DNA of 63,907 nucleotides, the filler included, from Basidiobolus meristosporus CBS 931.73 (Eukaryota; Fungi; Basidiobolomycota), in assembly GCA_002104905.1 (NCBI GenBank). It is 3 parts of 3 records of this genome, joined end to end, with 100 filler letters (N's around TTAATTAATTAA, not from the genome) between each part and the next. Parts side by side here need not be neighbours in the genome. Positions count along the whole stretch, not along the records: positions 31,272 to 55,013 come from MCFE01000960.1; 2 more parts are not named here. One strand, 5' to 3'. Below, piece by piece: positions 36,809 to 49,300 of the stretch; position 1 is the first letter of the stretch, and every line of letters starts with the position of its first letter. Under the pieces are notes generated by a model. That model worked only from the letters and a program-made list of their open reading frames with translations, had not been told where the DNA came from and searched no databases. The position numbers and the translations under genes were made by a program.

Positions 36809-39800
36809 TGTTGCAATTTAAGAAGTGATTTGGATATAAGGAACTTATTAAGAAATAGTGATAATAGTTGAACTGTTGTTTATTCATAAAGAAGCTCAGT
36901 ATTTATACCTTTGTAGAAGTAATACAGCTGTAACCCCAAGTAGGGAGGGTTTCTCAATATTCAGGAGCATTCTGTAACAGTTTCAGGGTTAGTACATAAT
37001 GTTTGGTAATCGTGCTAATTTGATCCTGACTATAGGGGAATAATCATAAGATTGTATATCTGGAGAAAGTGGCAAAGTTAAGGCAGTAAATGAGTCCTAC
37101 AGTGACTAAGACTAGTCTAGAATTGTTAAGTAAATTTTTAGCTGCTGAATGATACCAAATAGTCCAATATTTCAACACTCCCCCTCAGCTAAATAATTTC
37201 TTAATCCCAATTTCTCTCTAAGGATCTCAAACTGTGGCCTAGCTAGTGGTTTTGTCAATATGTCTGCCACCATTTTGTCAGTTGGGCAGTAAACTAACTC
37301 CACTAAGTTATTTTCTACAGCTTCCCTCACAAAGTGATGTTGTATATCAATGTGCTTAGTTCTGGCATGATTAGTATGATTTCTAGCTAATGAAATACAA
37401 CTTTGATTATCCTTGTAAATACATGTTTGTTCACCTGAATTAAAACCTAAGTCTTTGAATAATTTTTGTAGCCATATAGCCTCCTTAGTTGCTTGACATG
37501 CAGCCATATATTTGGCTTCAGTTGTAGATAGTGCCACAGTTGGTTGTTTCTTGCAATTCCAAGTAATAGCTGCACCAGCATAAAGAAATACATAGCCTGT
37601 GGTAGAGCGTCTGTCAATCAGATCCCTACCTCAATCTGAATCACTATAACCATCAAATTTTTGCCTATTAGCTGCTCCAGAGTATTCCAGTACCATATTT
37701 ATGGTACCTTGTAGATATTTGAAAATCTGCTTAACTGCTGCAATTTGATCCAATCCATAATTCTGCAGGAATTGACTGACTATTCCAACTGCTACTGCAA
37801 TATCTGGATGTGTAGACACCATCAAGTACATTAGGCTACCAACATTTGATTGATAGGGAAAGTTTTGGTCCATATTTGAGCCGTTTTCATCTATAACTGG
37901 CTGAGGTTTGCTTAATTTCAGGTTATTGTCCATAGGGGTTGCTGCAGGTTTGCAATTTTCCATTTTGAAGCGTCTAAGAATGTTCCTGATGTACTTAGAC
38001 TGATTCAGCACAGTTTTCTGCGTAGGTATGTCAAATTAGACCTCAATTCCAAGAAAATAGCTCAATTTTCCAAGATCTTTCATCTCAAACTTGCTGAAGA
38101 GATCCAATTTTGTCTGTTTAAGTGCCTCTTGGCCACTTGTAGCTATAATTAGGTCATCCACATAAAGAACTAGGATGATCACACCCTTTTTGAGCTGTTT
38201 CACATATATACTGTGATCTGCAGTGCTACAAGAGAACCCAATTTTCTAGAACTTTGTCATTAGTAATCACTTGGCAATCAGGAAAAGTATTTAAGTGAAA
38301 GCAATCCCTCATCAATAAATCATCCCTTCTATCAGTAACACTTCTACCTTATTGATTAGCAGTTGATCACTGCACCTGCCTTCAACAGTACATCTAAGAC
38401 CTGCCATCAAGGAGCTTTTCAGGGTAGTGCACAAGACACACAGAGGCCTTTGGAGACACTTGGAGCACCTAGGAAGCTAGAGAAGCAGGAGCTTTTACCA
38501 TAGTGACATATTGACAAAGACACCAGCAGTTTAGACACAGAGGTTATTGCACCCATCAGACACCTCACACACCTTGAGTTGTGTAGCTTCTCCCAGGAGT
38601 ACCTCTACACCACCACAGCAGTAGCAACAGATTCAGCCCAAAACCTGCAGTCCATTCCCTTATCATGTACCATAGATCTTCCCATCTCTACTATTGTACT
38701 ATTTGCACGTTCTGCTACTCCATTTTGCTGTGGAGTATGAGGAACTGTGGTCTGTTGAAGTATACCAGTAGACAAACAGTATTTTGCAAACTCCTTTGAG
38801 CAGTATTCTCCTCCATTGCCACTTTGTAGTACCTTCAATTTACACCCAGTTTGTGTTTCTGCCATGTTCTTGAAGTGCTTAAACATCTCTAAAGCTTCAT
38901 CCTTTGTTTTGAGGAAGTACACCCATGTATATCTTGTCTTGTCATCAATAAACGTCATAAAGTATCTCTTGGCTCCAAAGGACAGTATTCTCATGGGGCC
39001 ACATATGTCTGAGTGTACAATAGCCAATATTTTGGTGGCATTGATTCCCTCTGAGCTCTTGAAATGTTGCCTAGCTTGTTTGCCATATGAACATCCCTTA
39101 CAAACATTCAATTTGATTGGAATCAAGTTTTTAGGCCCAAAACAAGCTAATTTTTCACCAATTGGCTCATTTTCTGTTCACCTATGTGTCCTAGCCTCCT
39201 ATGCCATGTCTCCCAGTTGGTTTCATCAGTTTCAGCAATGTTGCCATACTCAGGTACAATGATCTTGCATTGTAACTTGTATATATTGTGATCTCTGATT
39301 TCCAAAGCTAATTTTTGTCCATTTTCACTCAATATTGAGCAGCTCAGATTAGTAAAAACAAATTTCAGTCCCTGGGTAGTTGCTTTACTGACTGAGAGTA
39401 GGTTCTTAGCTATTCCAGGTACATAGAGTACATCAGTCAGTTTTGCTATTGTTTCCCCTGAGTTATCACTCATATTTGGTTGTATAGACCCACTGGTGGT
39501 AGCTTCCAATGCAGAGTTATCTCCCAGAAAAACCTTTCTTACAAGAATAGTCTTTAAGTTGCTGAACCAATCCTTTATACCACAAATATGCTGTGATGCT
39601 CCAGAGTCAATATACCACTCATTACTTTGGTTACTTGCACTCTCTTGTACAGTTACAAATAACTGTTCATCAGTAGTTATATGGTTTGCTTGCTCTAGTT
39701 TCTGTTTTTTGTCTGCTTGTTTCTTCTTGCATTCTCTTGCCCAGTGTCCTGGCTTTTTATATTAGTTACAGCAGCCAGGTTTTCTTCTGTTTTGTTGCTT

Positions 39801-40859
39801 TCCCTTCTTTTCTGTATGCCCTTCTGAACTGAAAAAAGCATTATCTTCAATTTTCTCTGCTTGATCATTACGTCTGAGTTCTTCATGGAGAAGTCTTCCT
39901 TTGACATAGTCTAAAGTCAAGTTGTCTTCTCTGCTTTCAAAAGAAAGTATGAGTTGCTCATACTTGTCTGGTAGGCTGCAAAGCAGACAGAGTATCTTTT
40001 CTTCATCATCTACACCAGCATTAATACTGTAAAGTTCTTCTGCAAGTGTCTCCATTCTGGTAATGAGTTGTAGCATGTCATCATCTGGCTTCTTCCTCAT
40101 GTTGAAGAGCTTTTGTTTGAAATAAAGCTTGCTAGATACTGACTTTACACTAAAGATCTTCTCTAAGGATTCCCATGCTGCTTTGGCAGTATTTGAGGCA
40201 TGGATTTGTTCAATGAAGGAGTCTTGCACATTGATGCATATGGCATTGAAGGCCTTTCTCTCCTTCTCTTGAAACTTCTCCACATCTTCTGCTGTTCCTT
40301 TGCGCTCAACTTCCTTTCCTGTGACTATGTTCCAAAGTTTTTTTTCCTCAAGGTGGATCTGCATCTTGATTCTCCAAAGTCTGTAGTTCTTCCCATCAAA
40401 CCTCTCCTTTACAGGGAAGATGTTGGTATTGCTTTGTTTGCTGGTAGAAGTCATCTTTAGAATCAATTAAGACAATCAGGGCTAATAACCTGTTGCAATT
40501 TAAGAAGTGATTTGGATATAAGGAACTTATTAAGAAATAGTGATAATAGTTGAACTGTTGTTTATTCATAAAGAAGCTCAGTATTTATACCTTTGTAGAA
40601 GTAATACAGCTGTAACACTAAGTAGGGAGGGTTTCTCAATATTCAGGAGCATTCTGTAACAGTTTCAGGGTTAGTACATAATGTTTGGTAATAGTGCTAA
40701 TTTGATCCTGACTATAGGGGAATAATCATAAGATCATATATCTGGAGAAAGTGGCAAAGGTAACGCAGTAAATGAGTCCTACAATGACTAAGACTAGCCT
40801 AGAATTGTCAAGTAAATTTTTAGCTGCTGAATGATACCAAATAGTCCAATATTTCAACA
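36809..40859 (-). mobile_element. Ty1/copia element (family C) with an internal deletion
   Basis: 369-bp LTRs (36809-37177, 40491-40859), 5-bp TSD GGGAG, PBS GGTTATTAGCCC, PPT AGCTGAGGGGGAG. Gag ORF 39762-40466, integrase 38605-39126, RT C-terminus, RNase H 37172-37537. Confidence 0.94.
38244..38617 (+). repeat. Truncated family A LTR inside the copia C integrase
   Basis: Reverse complement of 2074-~2447; joined to the copia RT at the shared sequence TTCTAGAA. Confidence 0.9.
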
Positions 40860-43295
40860 GGGAGCACCATTACTTCTTGTAAAAAAAAAGGATGGAACAC
40901 TTAAAATGTGGATTGGCTACAGAGCCCTTAACTCAGTTACTGTGGAGAAAAAGTGCCCCATACCTTGGATTGATGAGCTTGTGGACCAACTCAATGTAGC
41001 CACTATTTTCCGCAAGAATGACCTCATGTCAGGATAAAACCAGAATAGGGTGGAACCTGATGACATCACCAAAACAGCATTCAGGACCAGATATGGACAT
41101 TACAAGTGCCTAGTCAAGAGTTTTGGCCACACCAATGCCCCTGTAACATTAATGACCTTGATGCAAACAGTCTTCTAGGAATACTTAGAGAAGTTGGTGA
41201 TAATCTACCTAGATGACATACTGATGTATAGCAAGAAAGAAGAGGAAAACTTGGTGCACATTGAAAAGGTCTCAAAGAAGCTAAGAGAGAACAGGCTCTT
41301 TGACAAGCTACCCAAGTGTGAATTCCTCAAGGAGCATGTTGAATAGCTGGGACACATAGTGACTAGCACTGGAGTGATCTTAGACCCTAAGAGTGCTCAA
41401 GTCATCAAGAATCTGAAGTAGTACCATAGTGTATCAGAACTCAGTTCATTCCTTGGAATGGTTTCCTAATATTGGAGATTTGTCAAGTCCTTTGCATGTA
41501 TTGCAGCCCCTTTGACTGATATTCTCAAGAAAGACAACACCATGAAGTGTGACATAGCTTGTGAGACTACCTTGCAAATGCTCAAAAATCAACATGATTA
41601 GCTGTCAAGCTCAAGAATCACAGACTTCAGAAAAGAGTTTACTCTGTGCACAGATGCTTCAGACTATGCAATTGGTGGGGTACTGAGCCAGGAACATTAG
41701 GGAGAGGACTATACAGTTGCTCTTGAGTCCAATAAACTCAATCAGCACAACAGAATCATCCAGTGGATCAGAAGGAGATGCCTGCCATAACAAACTACTT
41801 GAAGACCTGGAGATGCTGCTTTGAAGGAGCCAAGTGCACTGAGAAGACAAATCATGCCTCACTCAAGTATATTTTTACTCAGAAAGTACTCTCCAGAAGA
41901 ATGCCAAGATGGAGTGAATACATTCAGCTGTTTAACCTGGAGATTGTCTACTTCCCTGGGAACAACAACATGGTTGCTGATGCCTTTTCAGGATTAGAAC
42001 AAGTTGCGCAACTCAACTTGGTGCATGAATTAGATTGGCCTAGCTTATTTTGAAAGTATTTTGAGGACCAAGATATTCCTAAAGACATGGATGAGGAGAT
42101 CAAGAAGACAATGTGGGATGAAGCTAGCAAATTTGTGGGATAGGATGAAACACTTTACCAAATGGTTGATGGAAGCCCTATTGCTTATTGCCTTTGTGTT
42201 GCTTGCCTGGATTTGATACATAAGCTACACAATGGCTATCAACAACTTGAAATTAAAGAAACCTACAGCCAGGTAAAAGCTAGTGCATGGTAGCCTTGGA
42301 GCCTGTAAAACCATATGAAAGATGGGGAAGAGACTTTATTGGAAGACTGCCAACCATCAGGAAATGCAAGTGTTTGATCCTACTAGCAATTGCCCATTCC
42401 ACCAAATGGCCAGTGACTAAAGCAATACCTGTAACCAGTGAGCAGAAGTTGCAAGCTTCACCTACCTTGAGATCCTTATGAAGTTTGGATGCCCTGTACA
42501 GATTTTTTATTATAGAGAAGCAAACTCTATGGCAAAGACATTGGAAGCTTTCAAGGATATACAGCAGATCAAAGACTTGGAAACCTAGGCATATCACCCT
42601 AGAGCTAGTGGAGTCACTGAGCACCTGGATGGATTATTTGGAAAAATGCTGGCCAAGTATGCAAATGCAGTTGTCAGTAGATAGGATGAGTATATAAACC
42701 ACCACTTTTTGTATGCAGAGTCAGAGTACACAACACCACCCAACAATTGTCATTTTACTTAGTCTATGGATGTGAACCAAGGATTCCAGGAGATCTCAGA
42801 CAACCAAGGCTTACAGATGCCTTAGAAGATGAGCACAGTCAGCCAAGTAGACACCTGTAGCTGGAACAAAGAGATCAAGAGGCACAGGTCAAAGTATCTC
42901 AAAGTGCAGAAAAGATAAAGCAGAGATTTGATAAGACTATAGCACCAGAAGCATTGACAGTTGCAAACTTTATATTGCTGAGAAACAATACTTAGAAGAG
43001 GTTTGAGCTACAATGATGGGACTTTTTCAGATAATCAGAGAATGTTCATTAGCAACTTACCAACTAGTGAGCAAAGTAGGGAATATCCTGGAATATTTAG
43101 CTTATAGAGTCAGACTAAGCTTGCAAAACTTGCCATCAATACTGAATCATCAAGATTTTGGCATCACAAAATAGAGATTCAGGAGAACCCTCTCAACTTT
43201 GTTAGGGGAAAATGTTATGACCTACCACTTGAATGCTTAAGTTGGATGAGTTTTTAGTCAAATCAATTAGTTATATGCTTAGTCTATCAATTTAT

Positions 43296-43664
43296 TGTTA
43301 CAAGTCTTAGTGTAAGAGTTGTAAGGGAATAGAGAGTTTAGCTAGTAGTGTATTCACTAAATATTAAACTGGTTTTTATTGAGGTTCCAGCAGCTCCTTA
43401 TGTAGGTTTTGCCAGATCAGTTGCTGACTAATTACACTTCCTAATGTAGGGTGTGGCTGATGACTCATTTGATTGCATCATCATCACCAAATAATATCCT
43501 ACATAATATGTCTATTGCTGTCTGATAAGGATCTGCTGATTCATTTGCTGACTATTGCTACTGATTTGATAGATAACACCAATATACTGATAGGCTAAAA
43601 ATATACCTAATTGATTTGACTAAAAACTGATCTAACTTAAACATTCAAGTAATAGATCATAACA
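43296..43664 (-). repeat. Family D solo LTR inserted in inverted orientation inside a family D 3' LTR
   Basis: TGTTACAAG...CATAACA ends; the host LTR resumes at 43665; flanks TTAT/GTAT. Confidence 0.85.
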
Positions 43665-43799
43665 GTATCAGTGATATCTATCAAATAAGTAACATTAGTC
43701 AGCAAATGAATCAGCAGATCTAAAGTATAATATCAGATTTATACACAAGTCTAAGTTCAAGTCTTCTGGTAGTCAGAAATGAATCACAGCAAAGCCATA

Positions 43800-46324
43800 G
43801 AACTTTTCCATGCCAAGGACTCTACAACCAGAGATTGGCTTGAATCAGTGCCCAAGAATATCTCAGAGGTCATCATTTCAGTATGCAAGGCAGTAGATCC
43901 AACCTAGTTAGAAATAGCCCAAATTACTATGTTGATGATGGTGCAAACTTAGCTGATGACAATTCAGTCCATGCTACTAATCTACAGAAGGCAAAATGCT
44001 ATGAGAGTCTTAGAGATATCAGAAGTGATTGGGAAAACAAGAAGATAATGTTGTTTTCAGATACTGATTAATCAAATATAAGATTGTATTGTTACTTTTA
44101 CATGGTATTGGGATTACAAACATATATAATTGCCTGGGAAAGGTCCCAAGATTACATTTGCAAAATTTGGGGCTGTTTGGAGAAGTTTGAGAATGTTTAT
44201 GCTTTGGGTACCTGATATATTGGTGAAAATATTCAAGTCAAAACTGACAGGGAGTTCAGTGAGTATTTAGCAAGAGCTGCAGGTATTGATCTAGGCCACT
44301 AAGTTGAGTGAATTTTAGGTGGAAATACAAAGTTTTACAGCACTCCCACTCAGCCAAATGTTTGTTATGGCTAGTCCCAATTATGACCCAAATCATTCAA
44401 ATTTGTCCCCAGCTAATGATTTGGTAAATATGTCTACAATGATTTCATCTGTATGATGGTAGGGTATGTTAACTAAGTTATCCTCTATGGCACTATGTAT
44501 GACATGATGTCTAATATCCACATGCTTAGTTCTAGCATTTGTTATGATCTACTGCTTGAATATTTAATTAAGATCAGTATATAGTCAAATCAATTAGCCT
44601 TATAATTAGCCTATCAACATCAGCTTTTAATCCCATCAAGTAATCTTATGTTGATCTTATCAGTATAACAGTGCTAACAATCATATCAGTAGTAATAGTC
44701 TGCAGATGAATCAGCTGATCATTATCAGTCAGAAATATATATATAAGAAAGATCTAATTGGGTGATGATGATGCAATCAAATGAGTCATCAGCCACAACC
44801 TACATTGGTCAATACAATCAGTCAGCAATTGATATGGTAAAGTGTATTTAAGAAGCTGCCAAAACTTCAAAAAAAATTATATCAAGTTTTAGTAAATACA
44901 CCACTGGCTAAACTCTAGATTCCTCTGCAACTCTGAAATTAAGACTTGCAACACATGAAAGGTTAAATTTACCTAATGCTATACATCATTGTATATCATG
45001 ATTTAGAGTTATAGGCATTATCTGACATAAGCTTAAGACTCTGAATAGCTTTCTTAGCCACATTGCTTTTTTTTAGCATCACAGACTGCTATATATTCAG
45101 CCAAAGTGATAGAAAATGCAACCATTAGTTGCTTTCTTAAATGCCATGAAATTGTGCCTTGGAGAGGTGTATTCTGCAATGGATCATCTGTATTTTATCC
45201 CCAATCACCATCAGAGCATTGCACAAGATCTTCTGTATGTGCAGTCAAGCGGTGTTGTCAAAAAAGATATTTACAACAGCCTTCTCCACACCAAAGCTCC
45301 AACCACAGAGTCAAAAGCTTTGGATATATCAGTAAGAGCTGTTGAAAGTTAGTACTTTAGAGCATGATCAAGACTTAGAGCTGTTGTTGGGGTCTTTGAG
45401 ATATTGGAAGTGACTGGGCAAGCCAATAGATTATGTGGTGTCACTTAATGATATATTGAATATAACAGTAGTTTACCATACTCTTACTTGAGCTTGGCTT
45501 AATAAACACATAGAATAGGTTTAAGAAGGTCCTAAGAACATGCTTGTAAAGTGTGAGCCTACTTGGACAACCTTGAGAATCTTCATGCCCTGGTCACATG
45601 ATGTTTTGGTGAGAATATTCCTAATAGTCCTGACAAGGAACTAGATTAACTTTCTCTGATACTTGTAGGCTACACTGAAGATATTTCAAGTAAGTCCTCA
45701 CAAGAAACCTTGTTAATATTCCCAAAGATTTGTAGGTTACACCAAAGCCTATGCTCTGGCAGCTACACTGAATTCCATGAGTGTAATAATATTCTTGTTC
45801 CATTGGACAGTACTACATTGAGCCACAAGTACTAATTAGTGCTATTATATGCCAAAGAATCATGGCAGTCCCATATCCAGCCAAACTATGTTACAAATGC
45901 TTCTACATCTTTATTCAAAGCTGCTTTGATGCTTCACCCTCTATGTTGGAAAATCCATATTTTGACCTTTTTTTTAAACTCAATGTTGTACATTGTGTGT
46001 TAGAGCTCAGAAGGATTGAAGACATGCAATTGGCATGAACAATATTGATTCCAAATATAAGGTCAAAATATGGATTTTACCTAGCGCAGTGGGTGAAACA
46101 CAGGGGCTGCTTTGCATGAAGATTCAAGTGGTTGAATATATGGCAGCCTGTAGAGCTACTAAAGCTGCAACATAGTTAGGAAAGCCTTATGGACATTTAG
46201 GCAATTATCAACAAGCCCTCAATACATTACTTCAAGATAATTAAGGATGTATGTAATTGGGTGGTCATGTTGCTTTTAATGCAAGAACCAAGCACTTCAG
46301 AACTAGATATCATTTATAATACTC
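43800..46324. mobile_element. Scrambled copia family B remnants (LTR pieces ~44090-44342 and ~45382-45744, RNase H fragments)
   Basis: Local similarity to 6852-7700 and 8800-8930; PPT complement CTCCCACTCAGC at 44343. Boundaries approximate. Confidence 0.6.
44540..44953 (+). repeat. Diverged family D-like solo LTR (414 bp)
   Basis: TGTTATGATC...GACTTGCAACA ends; flanks CATT/CATG; it splits a copia RNase H. Confidence 0.8.
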
Positions 46325-49300
46325 ATGAAAAATAATTTGGCCCTGCATGTGGATCTCATCCCAATCAGCAAACAGGATCCAGTTTAGAGACTGCCATAAT
46401 ACCAGCGGCTTGGTATTAGTGACCCTCCTAACAATCTTATGATAGGATCATGATGGTGTTTTGCTAATTTTTACTACCAAATAAAGGGATAAAACATGAC
46501 AATATTTTATTGGTGTTGTGACAATATTTGCATGGTGTTGTTGCAGTCTTATAGAGCGCTATAAATATCTTAAATAGATCCAGTTGGCCAGGACATCTAA
46601 TTTCCTTATATGGCAAGAGACTTGATGGTATATTGATGGCCTCACAGTGAGACTCTGATGGCATTGTATTTGCAGTATGACAGCCTACTGCTGGTTCTGT
46701 ATAATGCTATTGTACCAATTTACCAAATGGTATTTTCTTTTTCTACCTCCCCTTGTGCAATTCATATATTCCACAGCAGAATCACCCCTCTTTATTTGCT
46801 TACCCACTACTATCTGGGGTATTCATGTATAGTTCAAGTCAAAAAAAACTATGGCCTCCTGCTTACTAACCTCCAAAAATGCACACACCTGCCACAATTG
46901 ACATACTTCTATCACCTCAACTTTACGGCCTTTTAGTGTGCTACTTGCAAAGTTGCCATATACCTTGTACTGCTGGTAACATATATATCTTGCAAACATA
47001 TTCTTGGTTGTTTCCACTTCTGCCATGAATACCTCCCAAATATCTGCAAAGAACTTCTTGGTATTTAGTCAATATATTCCTTCTCCCTGCTGAATTCTAG
47101 TCCCCCTTATAGGTGCGCTCTGCCTTTGTTTGTGTGAATTCAGTATTGAATGGTATAGAAGTTAGCTTGTGACCATGAGAAATCCAGCATATCTTGATAG
47201 AGCTTTCCTGATAAGAATTAGTTACTTGTTGCACCCAACCCAACTTTACATTACTTAACTGATTACCCACAGATTGGGGCTGCTTAGCTTCTTAGTGCCA
47301 TAGGCATAGGTGTCTCCATGTGTACATCTGTCCTCAGTGTTTTCCAACTCTTTCTGGCTGTCCTCCATGTGCCAACTCATCATATCCATGATGGACTTGA
47401 AGGTGATATTCTTGATGAGATTGGGATATGGTAGTGCCTGCAACTTGACTTGTCTTCCTATCTCCCCACACATACACTCCATAGGAAACTCCCAAAGGTG
47501 AAGCAAAGCCCAATATTCTACACACAACATGCAAGATGGAGTGGAGAATGGATACACTAGCAGCAGAGATCTACTCATTCAGCTTTATCTTTGTAGTACA
47601 GCCACTCAAATCCTGTTGCAGACTCCTCACACAATAGCTGTAGATACATCAAGTTGGCATTGGTTATCTGCTTCTGGATAAATATTTTTACAATGCCAGA
47701 TATGACTCTCAATGCTTCCAATGTACTCTTGGTAGGAATGGCTTCAGAACAGCACTTGAATAAGTACATATCCAGCTCATCCAGTGTTTGCATTTGCATT
47801 GTTGCATATGCGTATGAATATTAATACAAGCCCATGAGAAGTGCTTAGGGTAGGGGATACTCTGTAATATCTGGCCAATTCTTTCAAATTTCTCTGGTAT
47901 CTCAAAGGGCTCAGTTAGCTTGAAATGCCCATGTACAACTTGGTCATCTGTATAAGGATATTGTTGAGAAGCAAATGCATTGCTCCAAGTGGAAAGCTTT
48001 TGCCCCAAAAGATAACCTCTATCTTAAGTATCTCTGGTTTCTGATGGATTCCATATTCTGGCCAATGACTTATAGCTTGCCAACTTTGCTGCAATTGCAA
48101 GCTCACTTCTGTACATTCTCTCTGTGGAAAGATGATGTTCTTAGTGCTGGTGTTTGTGTAATAATATGTCTGAGTTATAGAGTAAGTCCCGTGGATTTTG
48201 CACATTTGACAGCAATACTGTTCATTGTGCCCAGAAAAACCAGCTATCTTGCTGATGGCTGGGGTATCTCCAATGCAGGTAACAATATGTGCTTTTACAT
48301 GATGGCCATTTACTGTTATCCTGCTGGAAAGCATACAAAATCCATCCAGCAATGGATACAGGTAGCTATTCAGGTTGGACAGTGATTTAGGCCTAGAAAC
48401 CAGTGAGACTACCATCAGATTATTGCTCTGATACCATAAAATGGGTGGCAGATTCAGATTGCTGAGAATTAGTGGCCAGCAGGATTTGCTGGTGGAGTAC
48501 TTTTTTAATGAGAATCCATCAAGTGCTAAATCAAAGGCATGGTCAGATATACCTTCAAAGTAACCCTTACTTCTTAGCGGTTTGTAATATTTACCATCAA
48601 ATATATTATACATGTTTGCACTGTGGTAGGGTAAGCATACCCCCCACAGACAAGTGTATTCATATAGCCATTATGATACACTCATCCATATTTTATCTTA
48701 TCAGTATTATCCCATTCTTCTATTGCCCATATTATCAGCATTATCCCCATATGATGTTTACTCTGATTAGTTATTAGCATTAGTTATCCCAAATGTTACT
48801 CAGCTTTGTGATCAGTATATGTATCTACTTATGGCAGGGACCTGCATCAGTACCCATGACACATGACCTAGGTCTGTGCTACCATCCCTACCATTTCAAT
48901 ATCATATATGGTATTTCTATGCTGCATAGGTTTCAGACTACTGATCTCTGATTGGTTGGATGTGCTGTGCCTTTTAGAACCTTCCAGGACATTCTTGGCA
49001 TATTTTTAGCTCATAGTGATCTCATCAAGAATTCTACTGTTGCCTAGAATCTTCTAGAACCTTCTAATTGGTAATTACTTGCCAATCAGGAAGAGTATTT
49101 AAGGGAAAGCAGTCCCTCATCAATTAATCATCCCTTCTATCTAAAACACTTCTCTCTTATTGATTAGTAGTGGATCACTGCACCTACCTTTAGCAGTTAC
49201 ACCTCAGATTTCCCATCAAGGAGCTTTTCAGGGTAGTGCACAAGGCACACAGAGGCCTTTGAAGACACTTGGAGCATCTAGGAAGCTAGAGAAGCAGGAG

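Larger units (their letters stand above)
36360..43720 (+). mobile_element. Degenerate 5'-truncated Ty3/gypsy family D copy, interrupted by copia C
   Basis: Colinear with ~27890-30900. RT, RNase H and integrase are riddled with stops; PPT and 3' LTR start at 43213. Boundaries approximate. Confidence 0.85.
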
